A model generated the notes under the pieces. That model did no database searches. It had not been told where the DNA came from and worked only from the letters and a program-made list of their open reading frames with translations. 64,000 bases of DNA, taken from the NCBI GenBank assembly GCA_051362555.1, contig CM120641.1:19530001-19594000 (forward strand), written 5' to 3'. This document shows, piece after piece, positions 24,273 to 35,732 of this stretch. Source of the DNA: Lingula anatina. Its lineage: Eukaryota; Animalia; Brachiopoda. Each line of letters begins with the position of its first letter. Position 1 is the stretch's first letter. The position numbers and the translations under genes were made by a program.

Positions 24273-26077
24273 CTGGATTCTGTGCTTTTATATTTACAAC
24301 ACTGACTGATGTAACTAAGTCGAATGTAAAATCAACATGTTAGAGAAGGTGAACATATCACATATATCAAATATAAAAAGTACAGTAAACATCATTTTTA
24401 TGTTGAGACTAGGACATTTTATGAGCTAGCAAATCATCTTGAATTCTCATCCTGTCTACAAATTGAAGTTGGTGGCCAGTTTGTTCATACCATTGTCTTA
24501 TTTTTTTTTTTTTTTTTATTTCCTTGACATTTGGTTTGGTTTATTATACATTTTATACATATGGTGGTCGTTAAACCTGCAATGCCTCTAGTCGCTTGAA
24601 TTTCAAGATGGCCACTGTAACACTCAGCTTTCCCATAATATGCTGTCCTTGTGACAATTATGTTACATTTATCAGTCTTAAATCTCATCTTTATTCATTT
24701 TGATATGCTGAACATAAAACTAGAATTTTTGCCACTTACGTGCATACTTGTATAATATTATATTTAATTTTATATACTTTTTTACTAATGGAGAACCAAA
24801 AGGAATTTTACAATTTTAACCATGAGGAACATATTGTTTAAAACATTTATAAGTTTCGGGTGTCTGAAATTGTAAAATTCTCAAATGATCACCAAGTAAG
24901 TAAAAATATAACCAATTATTTAAGGCCTAATTATCAATTTAAGGATGTATGCAATTTCATTTGAAAATTATCATAAGATAGTTTATTATATTCGGAAAAT
25001 GTTTTGTTGCTAATATGTTTATATCTTTGGAGATGCATGCATTGCAATTAGGATGTTCATTAGGAACTATATTCTTTTTTCACGTTTTTTTTTTAATTCA
25101 GTCAAAGCATATGTCTGTGGGTTTAAGGGTGTACGGCATCTTCCCACAAACGCCTACAATTCAAGAAATAAACAGTTTAATGCACATTTTGTGGTCAGGT
25201 TTCTAACCGTCTCGGCAAGCATCGACTTTTGAAGATATCATTCTGATGCTAATTGTATGTATATTTGGCGACATTTGGTGGCGTCTTTACTGCCAAATGG
25301 ACAAAACTAGCCAAACCGGTGCGTTAACATGACAATAGACAGGTGAAAGAAATATATCTTTTTAAACCAATAACTTTCCAACAGTGTTGAGTGGGCAAAA
25401 AATTAGGTCTTAGTGCATTCTACAACGAGGGATTTTAAAACACTTGAATAATCTCTATCAGCCAAGAGCTTAAAGGTACACATCGGTGGAGCGTGGATTC
25501 CCAGTAAAACATATAAACCACTTCTATTAGTTTCTTATATGACTCAAATAAAATCAACATGTCAAGGGATAAACTGAATAAATCGCTCGATCTGCCATAA
25601 AAGAGCTATAGACTTCTCCTTTCTTTAAATTTTTGGTCAGTAATTTAATCTACTTTCGTGACCTACTTTATTGATATACAGCATAGAATGCTTGCAGAAA
25701 AATCCGTTCAAATATCATCTTTCGGATAAAATTAAACAGTGCATTTTGGTAATTCTCTTATTTATACTACTTGAAACTATATACTGGCATTTGGTTAGCT
25801 TTTGTGGCAAAAATTGACTTCATATGCATCTTTAAAAATATTTGATTTGATAAATTAATTTGCAAGATGACGTAGATTTGCCTTTCTTGTGAGATAAGGA
25901 TGACTTCGACAATGTGTAAAGTCTGTTGTGTCATTTACATAACAGTACGTAGCTCAGCGTAGTGGGAGCAGTCGTCCAGAATAGTCACCTGACAGCTTGA
26001 CACTGACTGTGAGAAGAGGACGCAGGATGGGCGTGGTGAAGTCGCTAGGCTGTATGTTTCTCTCAGCATTGCACAAA

Positions 26078-26306
26078 TAGGGGAGACCGGGGCTAGTTGG
26101 CCCCCCATCAAGTCTCCTTAATAAAGTTACTTTAAGATGCTAAATTATTCATTTGGACTCACTGCCGACGCTTTCTTAGCACTGTCTTAGCTTTACAAAA
26201 TGATGTGATCATTTCTTTTGCCCCATAGTTACTTTGTCATAAATTAATGGGGGGGGGGGGGGGCGGGCAACTTACCCCGGGGTCCAACTAGCCCCAGTCT
26301 CCCCTA
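26078..26306. mobile_element. MITE with ~23-bp TIRs (TAGGGGAGACCGGGGCTAGTTGG), probably Tc1/mariner-pogo type
   Basis: 26078-26100 is inverted at 26284-26306 with one mismatch; TA at both ends. Confidence 0.7.
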
Positions 26307-28267
26307 CCTTGTGAAAATAATTTCTAGTATCATTTCTTTCATAACCAAGTTATAGGCACTTGGCAAAATATCAAATTTCTAGTGTTCCCTTTTTACAGTA
26401 TGGACGTAGGTCTCCTATTTTAAACGCCAACCAGCCCCCTGACCCCCTCTCTAAATCCGCCACTGTAATAATATAATAATAAAAATTGAACACAACTGTG
26501 AATTCATTCAATTTTATTTTTGGGCACTTCAGCATGTGAAATGCACCTCTATATTGGAATGATGTAATTTTTCTCCAGGTGAATGGCCTCATTCCCTGAT
26601 GAAGATGTCCTGCTAGACATCGAAATATTGGAGGTAAAATATTAGCTGTTGACTGAAGAAAAATTACATCATTCTTATAACATAACACAGATGATGAAAT
26701 TCTTCTCTTACCTCTTTATTCGGTTTGGGTGTCTAGCATTTTCCATATTTGTACTCGACATGCACACGTAGATCTACTTTTCCTTATAAGGAAGTTGACC
26801 TCTACAAACAAATGCCGGTCAGGTAGAGTCGGTAATTTTGCTGACGCTACTTCATATACTGTCCATACCGTTTTATTACCAAATACAGACAATGAAACAG
26901 GGCTGATGAAATAATTAGTCTAAAAATAATTTAGTTATTGAAAAAATGCACAGACACAGTATCTGTCTAGTATAAAAGGGTGCTGAATATTCTATTTATT
27001 TTGAAAGCTGATCGATACATTAAGGCCCCTTTACACTGGACGGCGTCCTTTCTGCGTTCTTTCTGCGATCAAAAATGTGGTCAGGACGTTCAACGGTCGC
27101 CAAAGCAATTAAATCGTGTCTAAGTGTAATGCCGTCTGTGCGTCCTTTGAACGACCGAACCTTGATTTTACCTGTAAAACTGAGAGCGACCTACATGTAG
27201 CTGCCTTTTACCCTTGTAAAAAAGGCAAAATATTCGTTTTATAATAACCTCCAAAAAATGGATCGGTTCATGAATTTTAGGGGAAAAAACAATCGGAGGC
27301 TGATATGAATCCACTGTTGCCCTTAGAATTCATGTCTGGTGAAAAATACCTCAGCACGGCCCCGTTTGAGAGTGAAAAAAAATGACCCTCACCCGCCCCT
27401 TCCTCCCCCCGCTGGCGTGGGCCCCGAGAAATTTTGTTATTTTAGAGGTTGAACGGTACCACTTGGTACGGTTAACTATAATTCAGCTAGTCAAAAATTC
27501 TAATTTCAAGAGGGGACCATCGATGTGATTTTTTTTCAGAAATCGAAGGGGGGGGGGGGGATCAGGACTCCTCTGATCCCCCCTCTAAACCCGCTACTGT
27601 AGGATTATTTCTGGGCAGAAGCGTGCAGGATCTAGGTGCTTCATATTTTATTTTTAATAAAACAAATATACAAAAAAGTAAAGTTTGGTCCTTTCATATC
27701 GCACTCTACTATGTTTCATTGCGGTTTACAAAAGACTGAGCCCTCATAAAAACTGGCCGTAAACTATCTCTCCTCCCTCGGGAAGATGAAGCCCAGCTGA
27801 CGCATTAGGCGCTGAAAGCTAGCAAAGAATATATTTCATTGCCAGAAGTACTATATCCATTACATATTTCAACCCTAAGCGCACAGTGCCTAGAGTAGAT
27901 GCACCATGAAGGAATGGTGTGTCCGTGGACAGGGTTGAACCCTCGTCCTACTGGTTCACTCCAACAACAAGGTTTAAATGTGTGACATTTGCATGCCCTT
28001 TATAAAGACCTCCAAATTTTCTTCAATTAATTTCGTGCACTTCTTTCTTTCTTTCTCTCTTTTTTTTTTTTTTTTTTTTTGGGGGGGGGGGGGCAAAAAC
28101 CTACCATGATAATTCTTACAAATATTCCCCTATCTACTTAACATACATGTATAAGTTGTTATCTCCATGAGTAAAAGCTTATTCATTCTACATGTAATGA
28201 AAGAATGGAAGTGCAGCAGGCAAAATATTTTCACGTTAAAATCTTTGCATATATTATAAAATGACTG

Positions 28268-31200
28268 TCAGAACATTGTTGCAAAGACTTTGTCTCCAAC
28301 ACAGACTTTTCCCACATTATCTACAACAAGGTTGATAGCAAAGACGGGAGCATCGCCACAGCCAGGGTGAAGACGGTAACTGGAAAGGAGAGAAAGGTGT
28401 ATAGGGTATATTCAGCGGATAAGAACGCACCTAATTCAAAGGTATAATTCTATCTAAATCAACAAAATTTCACTCAATACCTCTTATTTATTCTAATCAC
28501 CAAATTTACTGACTTTATTCTAATCACCAAATTTACTGACTGACTTCAACCTCAAGTAATACAAAAGAAGAAAGAATCCAAACATACTTCCTCAGAGTTT
28601 TTAAAGGCTCCATGTCTTTATCTTTCTCTCCTTTGTCAGGGTCTACTGTAGTCAATGTACACCTTGTCCCCAACCTGACATTTCTGAACTTGGTCTCCTT
28701 GCCAATGTACACTTCATGCCATGTATCCTGAAATATGATTGAAACAGACTTACATAACTCACCACATATAACTTAATTACAAACACATTCATCTTGAAAA
28801 TGATTATATTTGAATATAAAAGGAAATTAACAGTATTTGCTCTGATAGATAAATACTGGAAAAACAACACAGGCTATCTCTAAACTATATCTTCTCTGTT
28901 CTTGAAACAACTTTCAACATATTTGCTGAGATTGATTGCGACAGAAAGGTCTCTAGCTCATATATATCAGCCCTTTATACTAACTAACTACTTGACTATT
29001 TGGATTTAAAAGAAGGAAAATATTTGCAAGAAATTTAGTATTTGATATCTATATCAGGAAAAGTGAAAAAACAACAGAAAGATGTAAGAATTACATTGAT
29101 CTTTGGACAGACTAAAAGCTTTTACATACACACTGTGCTAATTTCTACATATGTCCTTTATCTTCATTGAGATACAGCCTTTTTTTAAATAGCTGAAAAT
29201 CAACAAAATTTACCTCCGCATAGGCCCCACAATCTTTCACCAAGAAATTTGGTCTAAAGTTCCTAACCTCTACCTTCTTGCTCAGTCTGGTATTGACATC
29301 AGCAATGGAATTTTCAGACAGCAGCATGAATGGTGCCCAGTCAGCAAAAGCTACCTGCAACAAATAACTAAAGTGAGAAGGATGAACAAGCATATCAAAA
29401 GAAAATATTGCCACTGTCACTTGTAAATTCTCAGTAATGATAAATTCTGAGCAATGTCCCTCTCCCAACAAATTTATATTTATATTACCAAACTAGATGG
29501 TGTCGATGAGTAGCCATCGCATATTCCCGCACTTCCCCATGGAGCAGCTCATCCCTAGGGACCACTTACCACACACCCACATACACACACACACATACGC
29601 ACACACATACACACACATCACTGCTTCATCCAAAGGTATTTAAAAATATAAATGTAAAAAAATCTACAATGTTAAAAGAATTTAGAATCAACCAACCCCC
29701 AGGGACAGCCCAACCCCCTGTTGCACTAAAATTCAAAAGTGCACACATTTCTGATGATGGGTATACTAATCACCAAAGTTTCAACTTCCTACCTGCAATG
29801 GTCTAGGAGAAAATAGCAGAAACTACAATATTCCAATATTCCAAAATAGCAGAAACTAAAATTCCAAAGTGTATATGCACATCCCTGATGACGGATCTTT
29901 CAATTCCCATAGTTTCAATTTCCTATCTCTAACGGTCTAGGAGGAGATAGCAGAAATTACAATGTCATAAGTATTTAGAAGCAATCACCCCAAGGGACAG
30001 CCCATTTCCCTGGTGCACTAAAATTCCAAAGTGCCCATGCACATCCCTGATGATGGGTAAACTATTCACAAAAGTTTCAGCTTCCTAACTCTAATGGTAT
30101 AGGAGGAGATAGCAGAAATTACAATGTCATAAGAATTTAGAATCAACCACCCCCGGGGGACAGCCCAACACCCTGTGGCACTAAAATCCCAAAGTGCCCA
30201 TGCACAACCCTGAAGCCAATTCCCAAAGTTTCAACTTCCTACCTGCAATGGTCTAGGAGCAGATAGTGGAAATTTCAATGTGATAAAAATTTAGAATCAA
30301 CCACACACCCCGGGGAAAGCCCAACCCCCTGTGGCATTAAAACTCCAAAATGCCAATGCACATCCCTGATGATGGATCTTCCAATTCCCATAGTTTCAAT
30401 TTCCTACCTGCAATATTCTAGGAGGAGATAGCAGAAATTACAATGTCATAAGAATTTTGAATCAACTACCCCCCAGGGACAGCCCAACCCCCTGTTGCAC
30501 TAAAATTCCAATTGCACGGAAATTACTAACACACAGATGCACGGACGCACAGACGGGTGGGATAACATGATCCCCGACTTTTGTCCCAAAAGTGCAGGGA
30601 TAAAAAAGATTTAAAAAAATAAATGAGCCAGGTCAAATTGCAAATTCTTACCACGTCTTGGTCTTTAGGATAGGATAACACTGGATCTGTGCCCAGATTC
30701 TTGTTGAGCTGTCTCATACAGTCTGTGATGTCAGGGTGGGCACATACCAACCTTGTGTCTGGTCTCTGGAGGAAGGCACTGAACCACTTATCTGCCTCAG
30801 CACCACACGACATGGCAGACACCTCAACATCCCAAATGCTGGAAGACAACACTTTGGAAGAGGTCCCAAATACTGAAATACTGCACTGTATGTAGCTGTC
30901 ATGACAACTCAATGGCCCATGCAATTACTTTAATATAGCACATGGCTAAAGAAATAAATTTATGGTATAAAAAAAGCAATTTTTGTGATTGACAGACATT
31001 GTGCAATATAATTCATTTACCTCCTGTTTAACCATAAAGACTTTGTAGCTTTGAAAGAAAAAATCAAAATTTGAAACATCAATCCCCTCCTCCCCCTCCC
31101 CCCCCTCCCCCCCAATTCAAAGAGGATCATGATGGCAGGAGAGAGCAATGTATCTTTGATAAGGCTATACATTTTTTTAATTACGTAGGCTATTACACTA

Positions 31201-33123
31201 ATTTTATTGCATTATTTTGAAGGAAAGGATATAATGTGATATTGACAACAGACAAGATCATACAGGGTACAATTTGTGTTCAAATTCTGTTTTAATGAGG
31301 GTTTCGCCTTCTTTCCTTCTTTTGCCTTATAAATAAGAAAGTTTTGCTAACCTGCACTTGACGATCTTATCTCTATTCACAGGTTGAAGAATCTCCAGCT
31401 TCAGAGTATTCATTCCTGGGGCATCCAGACTCAGGTTGTTGCCAATGATGCTTGGCTGAACCAGAGCCAGGCGTGGCAGTTTACGCTGACTGAGAAATTT
31501 TCCGTTCTTATCAACAATCATCCAATGCCTAAAAAAGTGAACAAAAATGTAACCTAACTTGAAAAAAAAGGAAGTTTATGGGGTGTTTTGATACCTAAAC
31601 TGATATGGACCTGTTTTCTCAAATATACACATTTGAAAAGTAAGCTAAGTCTACCCTTCCCCAATGAAAAAGAAAATTTTGCATTGTAATAGACAAAAAA
31701 TAACTTTTTAAATTGTTTCAGGAGTACTATAATTGTTTTCTATTCATATACTTTTGAGCTTACGATCAATTTAATTTACAAAATTAAAAACTGAAAGTGA
31801 AGATTCATCTACTATTTTGGTAAATTAACAATATAAATTATTATTAATAGGCTAATTTGCATAGGCCTACTTGGAAAGAAGTATTTAATAGATACTTTAA
31901 AGTGTGCAATAATGAATCATTTCTAAATATTGGTTTTCCAGGGGGGGGGGGTTGAATTTTACATTTTGGGCAAACACTAAAACTACCCTTACTGGATCTA
32001 GTCTGTTTCCATTCAAATCGATATTTATTTTCAGCTGTACCGGTGTGACAGGAATGGTAGATCGCTAGGAATGCTAGTCCTGGACCCCACGTGATAAGCA
32101 CAGGTTAGGGTTGGTCGAATTACTGGGTAACGGGGTTAGTATATGGGATGAATGGGGAAAAGGACTTCGATTCCCACACAGGATAAGATATAACGCTTGT
32201 CGTGAAAAGGCCTAATGTGCGCATGATTCAAGTGTTAAACTTTTCAATTTCTACACTAAAAAAAAGCTATACCTGACAGAGCTTTCGATCACATCCGTGA
32301 TCTTCTTCAGTGTGATGCCATATGGGACGATCACTGCTCACCACTGAAGAAGATCACGGATATGATCGAAAGGTGTGACGACCCGATATGTCCGACAGGC
32401 CAGATATGTCCTACGACCAGAGAACAGGCCAGATATATCCGACAAAAAAGAGCCAGATGTGTCCGACAAGCCAGATATATCCGACAAAAAAGAGCCAGTT
32501 GTGTCCGACATATTCTGGCTTGTCGGACACAAAAAATAGCCAGATGTGTCCGACAAGCCAGATATGTCCGACAAAAAAGAGCCAGTTGTGCCCGACATAT
32601 TCTGGCTTGTCGGACACATCTGGCTCTTTTTTGTCGGACATATCTGGCCTTCTCTGGTCGTAGGAAAATATCTGGCCTGTCGGACATATCGGGTCGTCAC
32701 AAAAGCTCTGTCAGGTAGGCCTATAGCTTTATTTTTTTTAGTGTAGAAATTGAAAGTTAACACTTGAATCATATCCTATGACTACACAGATGAATTTCCA
32801 TCAGAATAATGTGCGCAGTTCGTTTTAGTTTTCCTGATACCACGCATGCGTTATTCAATTCATCAAAGTTCAAGTACAATTCAGGTGACCTTGTCTCACC
32901 TATCTGTGACGGCCCCGGTCCGCGAGCCGTGTCTCGTGCAGTCCATCTCTTCCACTTTGATCCCCGCACAAGATTTAACGGGGTAGACATACAATGACGA
33001 TATCTCTCCAACACATACTGGTTCAGATCGCCTCTTCTTATTGATCCAGTACAGTGTTATAAACTTGAAGACCGAGTTCAGTAGCAAAGAAGCAAAGATG
33101 CAAGCTGCTTCGTCAACCTCCAT
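28268..33123 (-). CDS. MTARC: Mitochondrial amidoxime-reducing component (mARC, MOSC-domain molybdoenzyme), 326 aa
   Basis: Exons 33123-32900, 31528-31352, 30838-30652, 29354-29214, 28727-28588, 28379-28268 (981 nt). Motifs LYVYPVKSC, DRHWMIVD, PRLALVQP, CGAEADKWFS, NFRPNFLV, RCTLTTVDP, EPLKTLRNYR. N-terminal TM anchor. Confidence 0.94.
29491..30606 (-). mobile_element. Second Helentron-type (HINE) element with ~160-bp internal tandem repeats, in mARC intron 3
   Basis: subTIR pair TATTCCCGCACTT (29522-29534) / AAGTGCAGGGATA (30590-30602). Inner IR at 30570-30582. GTCY-like microsatellite near 30530-30555. Hairpin CGATG-AGTAGC-CATCG (29504-29519) and minus-strand terminal CTAGTT. About 5-6 diverged units containing GGTCTAGGAGGAGATAGCAGAAATTACAAT. 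Confidence 0.8.
32224..32772. mobile_element. Nested foldback: ~90-bp-arm palindrome with a TGT...ACA-ended palindromic MITE (32374-32701) inserted in its right arm
   Basis: Outer arms 32224-32312 versus 32342-32372 plus 32702-32772. Inner element TGTGACGACCCG...CGGGTCGTCACA has ~100-bp TIRs built from GCCAGATATGTCCGACA units in both orientations, flanked by AAAGG/AAAGC. Confidence 0.8.
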
Positions 33124-34146
33124 CCTGTAGTGCAATATTGCTATGCCTGTGCTATTGACATGGTATTTGTACACTTGGGTACACGTGCCTAGAATTCGCA
33201 ACTAACGCAATAAACAGACTGTCGTGGTGTCTCTCTCTCGCAAGCGCTGCATTTTACTGAAAACCACAAGCTATTCCACTAAGGCCTACGTTTTACGTTG
33301 ATGGCTGGTATTTCCGAGAAAGCAATCAATCTGATTCAGGGTTGTCGTTTTATACATCTTTTCTTTGATCAACTTATTTAACGGGAAAATATTCATTTTC
33401 AAAGAACATGTCTCATTCCAGTGGCTTATTAATATGATTGGGCTGGAAAATGCCTTTTTGGGGTTTTCGATTTGAAGGGACTGATTATCCGAAAGTAATT
33501 TCTTTTTAAACCAGAGGGAAAATGCTCTGCTCAATAATTTTAGATTAATTTAACCATAGAAGGTTTAACCAAGAAATTAGATTCTTGGTTTAAACAAGGA
33601 GTTATAACTCCTTGGTTTAAACTTGGCCAAAACTATATGCTGATATCTAGGCTACACAAAACATGTACGAAGACTTTGTGTGAAAATAATTTGCGTAAAA
33701 TGTGACCGATTGGCAATTATGACATGAAATCAGTCTACGCTTAGGTGAATAAAAAGGGCCTGTCGTAGTGACAGCTATTCAAAAATTCATCAAGAAGCTA
33801 TGGGAAAACTGTGTTCAGATGAAGGCAAAAGATGAAGTAGAAAATATGGAAATTAATGTAGCGACAATGCGATCGTAATCCACTTTAGTGGAGAATTCCC
33901 CGTGCACAATTTGTCTGCTTTTACTTAAACTGCATGTCCCATATTGCCTCATGTTTTACTCAGTAAGATGTCTTCTAAGCAGCCCTATCCACCTTCGTCC
34001 CGGTTCCTCTAGTTAGGAGGTTAGTAAGGAGAAAACAATGACTGAATGAATTCCAACTGTTCTGGTGACTTAGCTGTAAGCGTTGTGTATGTCAGCAAAA
34101 CACGAACATTTTCAAGGAGTACTTTGCCTTTGGTTGTCTTACCGCA

Positions 34147-34430
34147 GGAGGGTCCCATTGGGTATTTACGTTACCCGTGGAAGCCACTGTTTATATCCCG
34201 AGATGCGTGAAACGTATTCAGTGTGATCCGAAAAACACCCCGTTCCCGTGACTCGTAAAGGATACCTTTATTCTTTGCCCTTCATGATAAAAAGTCATTA
34301 TTATATACCCGGTTATTCGCAATTTTCAGGATTATCAGTGAGATATGAATAAAGTTTTATTTACTGTGATTTGGGAATTGATGATTTCATTTCCCGTGAA
34401 CTGTGATCACCACCCCCAGTGGGACCATTC
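34147..34430. mobile_element. Degenerate MITE with GAGGGTCCCATTGGG-like termini and internal CCCGTG motifs
   Basis: Left GAGGGTCCCATTGGG versus right CCCAGTGGGACCATTC; YGCAG on both flanks. Confidence 0.5.
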
Positions 34431-34771
34431 TGCAGGGTAGATTACACTGACAACCTCAAACAGTTATTTTATTAGTGATGTGTATGCCTATAACTTTATT
34501 GACCACATTTTTGGTAAAAGGTCCATGTATCACACTTTTATTTTTGTCTTATTTTTAAACTAAAGAATAAGACAGCAAAGCTGGTAAATATACAGACAGT
34601 CTGATCCTGTTAATTTTCGACAGGTGCCTGCAATTTATCAAACAGAGCCACTCAGCAAATTAACCAAGAAATTAGTTATTTTAAGCGACGACGTCGGAAT
34701 ATATAATGAAAATTTGAGATGATTTATCTATTTTGTGCTTATTATGAAAATGTGATCATTCAGTTCGCACC

Positions 34772-34772
34772 A

Positions 34773-34825
<53 letters not shown>
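34772..34825. repeat. Compound (CT)n(TG)n microsatellite
   Basis: Directly visible. Confidence 0.9.
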
Positions 34826-34828
<3 letters not shown>

Positions 34829-35732
34829 TGTTAACGTTTGCGCGCGCGTGTGGATAAACAATAAAGATCTTCAAATGAGAGTGAATTTATTTTTGCCATA
34901 TAAACAGAATACATATCACAAGCGTTGTTTTCGAGCAGTAAACTATTATATCAGATATTTAAAAAACATGACACATATACAGATTTTAATAACGTGCAAA
35001 ATGCTGAAAACATAATGTCACATCGGATTTCGAAAGCATTATGTACAAAACATGTTCGATTACTTTTATATAAGCTGACATCTAGACTTATGTCTGTATA
35101 TCAAAATACTACGTTAATGAATCGGTGAGTTTGAAATGACATTTATAAATGCATCTTTATGTTATGTGATCAAAAAGCATTTCTGCCAATGCTAGTATAA
35201 ATGAAACAAATGAAATGTTTATGAGACATGAATTTACAGTAAATGATGAACTATTTCAGAATAATTGTTACTTCACACATATATAACGCTTCGGTCTCAC
35301 TTTTACCGGTCTTTAAAAAAAAAGAGGGTCCGTGTAACATAGAGTTCACCCTCCATAAGATTCATACAGATTAGGCTAAGCATGGCGTGAATGGGCCAAA
35401 ATTTTGGACGGTGCTTACCTGAACCAACCAATGGGAACCAGACCCTGTATCACAAGGGATTTTCTCGTACATGACACCGGCCGCACACTCACATCGATAA
35501 ACGTATACAAGTTTGTTAAAATATCTGACTAGCTGAAACGCCGAATAAGCACCGGGATAAAAAAAACAAGTACATGTGACTCATTCAGATGTTTTATGCA
35601 CTTAAGATGAAAACACTACATTTTGGGCGTTTTATTTGCCAAATGTTAACTTCAAAAAAGTTCAAGAATAATAACCATAGAATCATTGGCAATGTCATAC
35701 AGGTGGGCAGTACGGTTTAAACGTAACGCTGA

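Noticed and set aside
29750-30375. Repeated CTGATGA as hammerhead ribozyme core or C/D-box snoRNA
   Set aside because: No stem II plus GAAA follows on the same strand and there is no terminal stem or D-box spacing. It is part of the HINE repeat unit.
32100-32190. B-box-like TTCGATTCCC as a tRNA or SINE
   Set aside because: No cloverleaf and no convincing A box. A similar weak motif near 27930-27960 is also unsupported.
32331-32772. Six overlapping 66-144-aa ORFs with repeats (CPTSQ, RQARY)
   Set aside because: Artefact of a stop-poor palindromic minisatellite.
33124-33201. Longer N-terminus of mARC given by the ORF track
   Set aside because: It relies on a TTG start. The ATG at 33123 gives a normal-length mARC with its TM anchor at the N-terminus.
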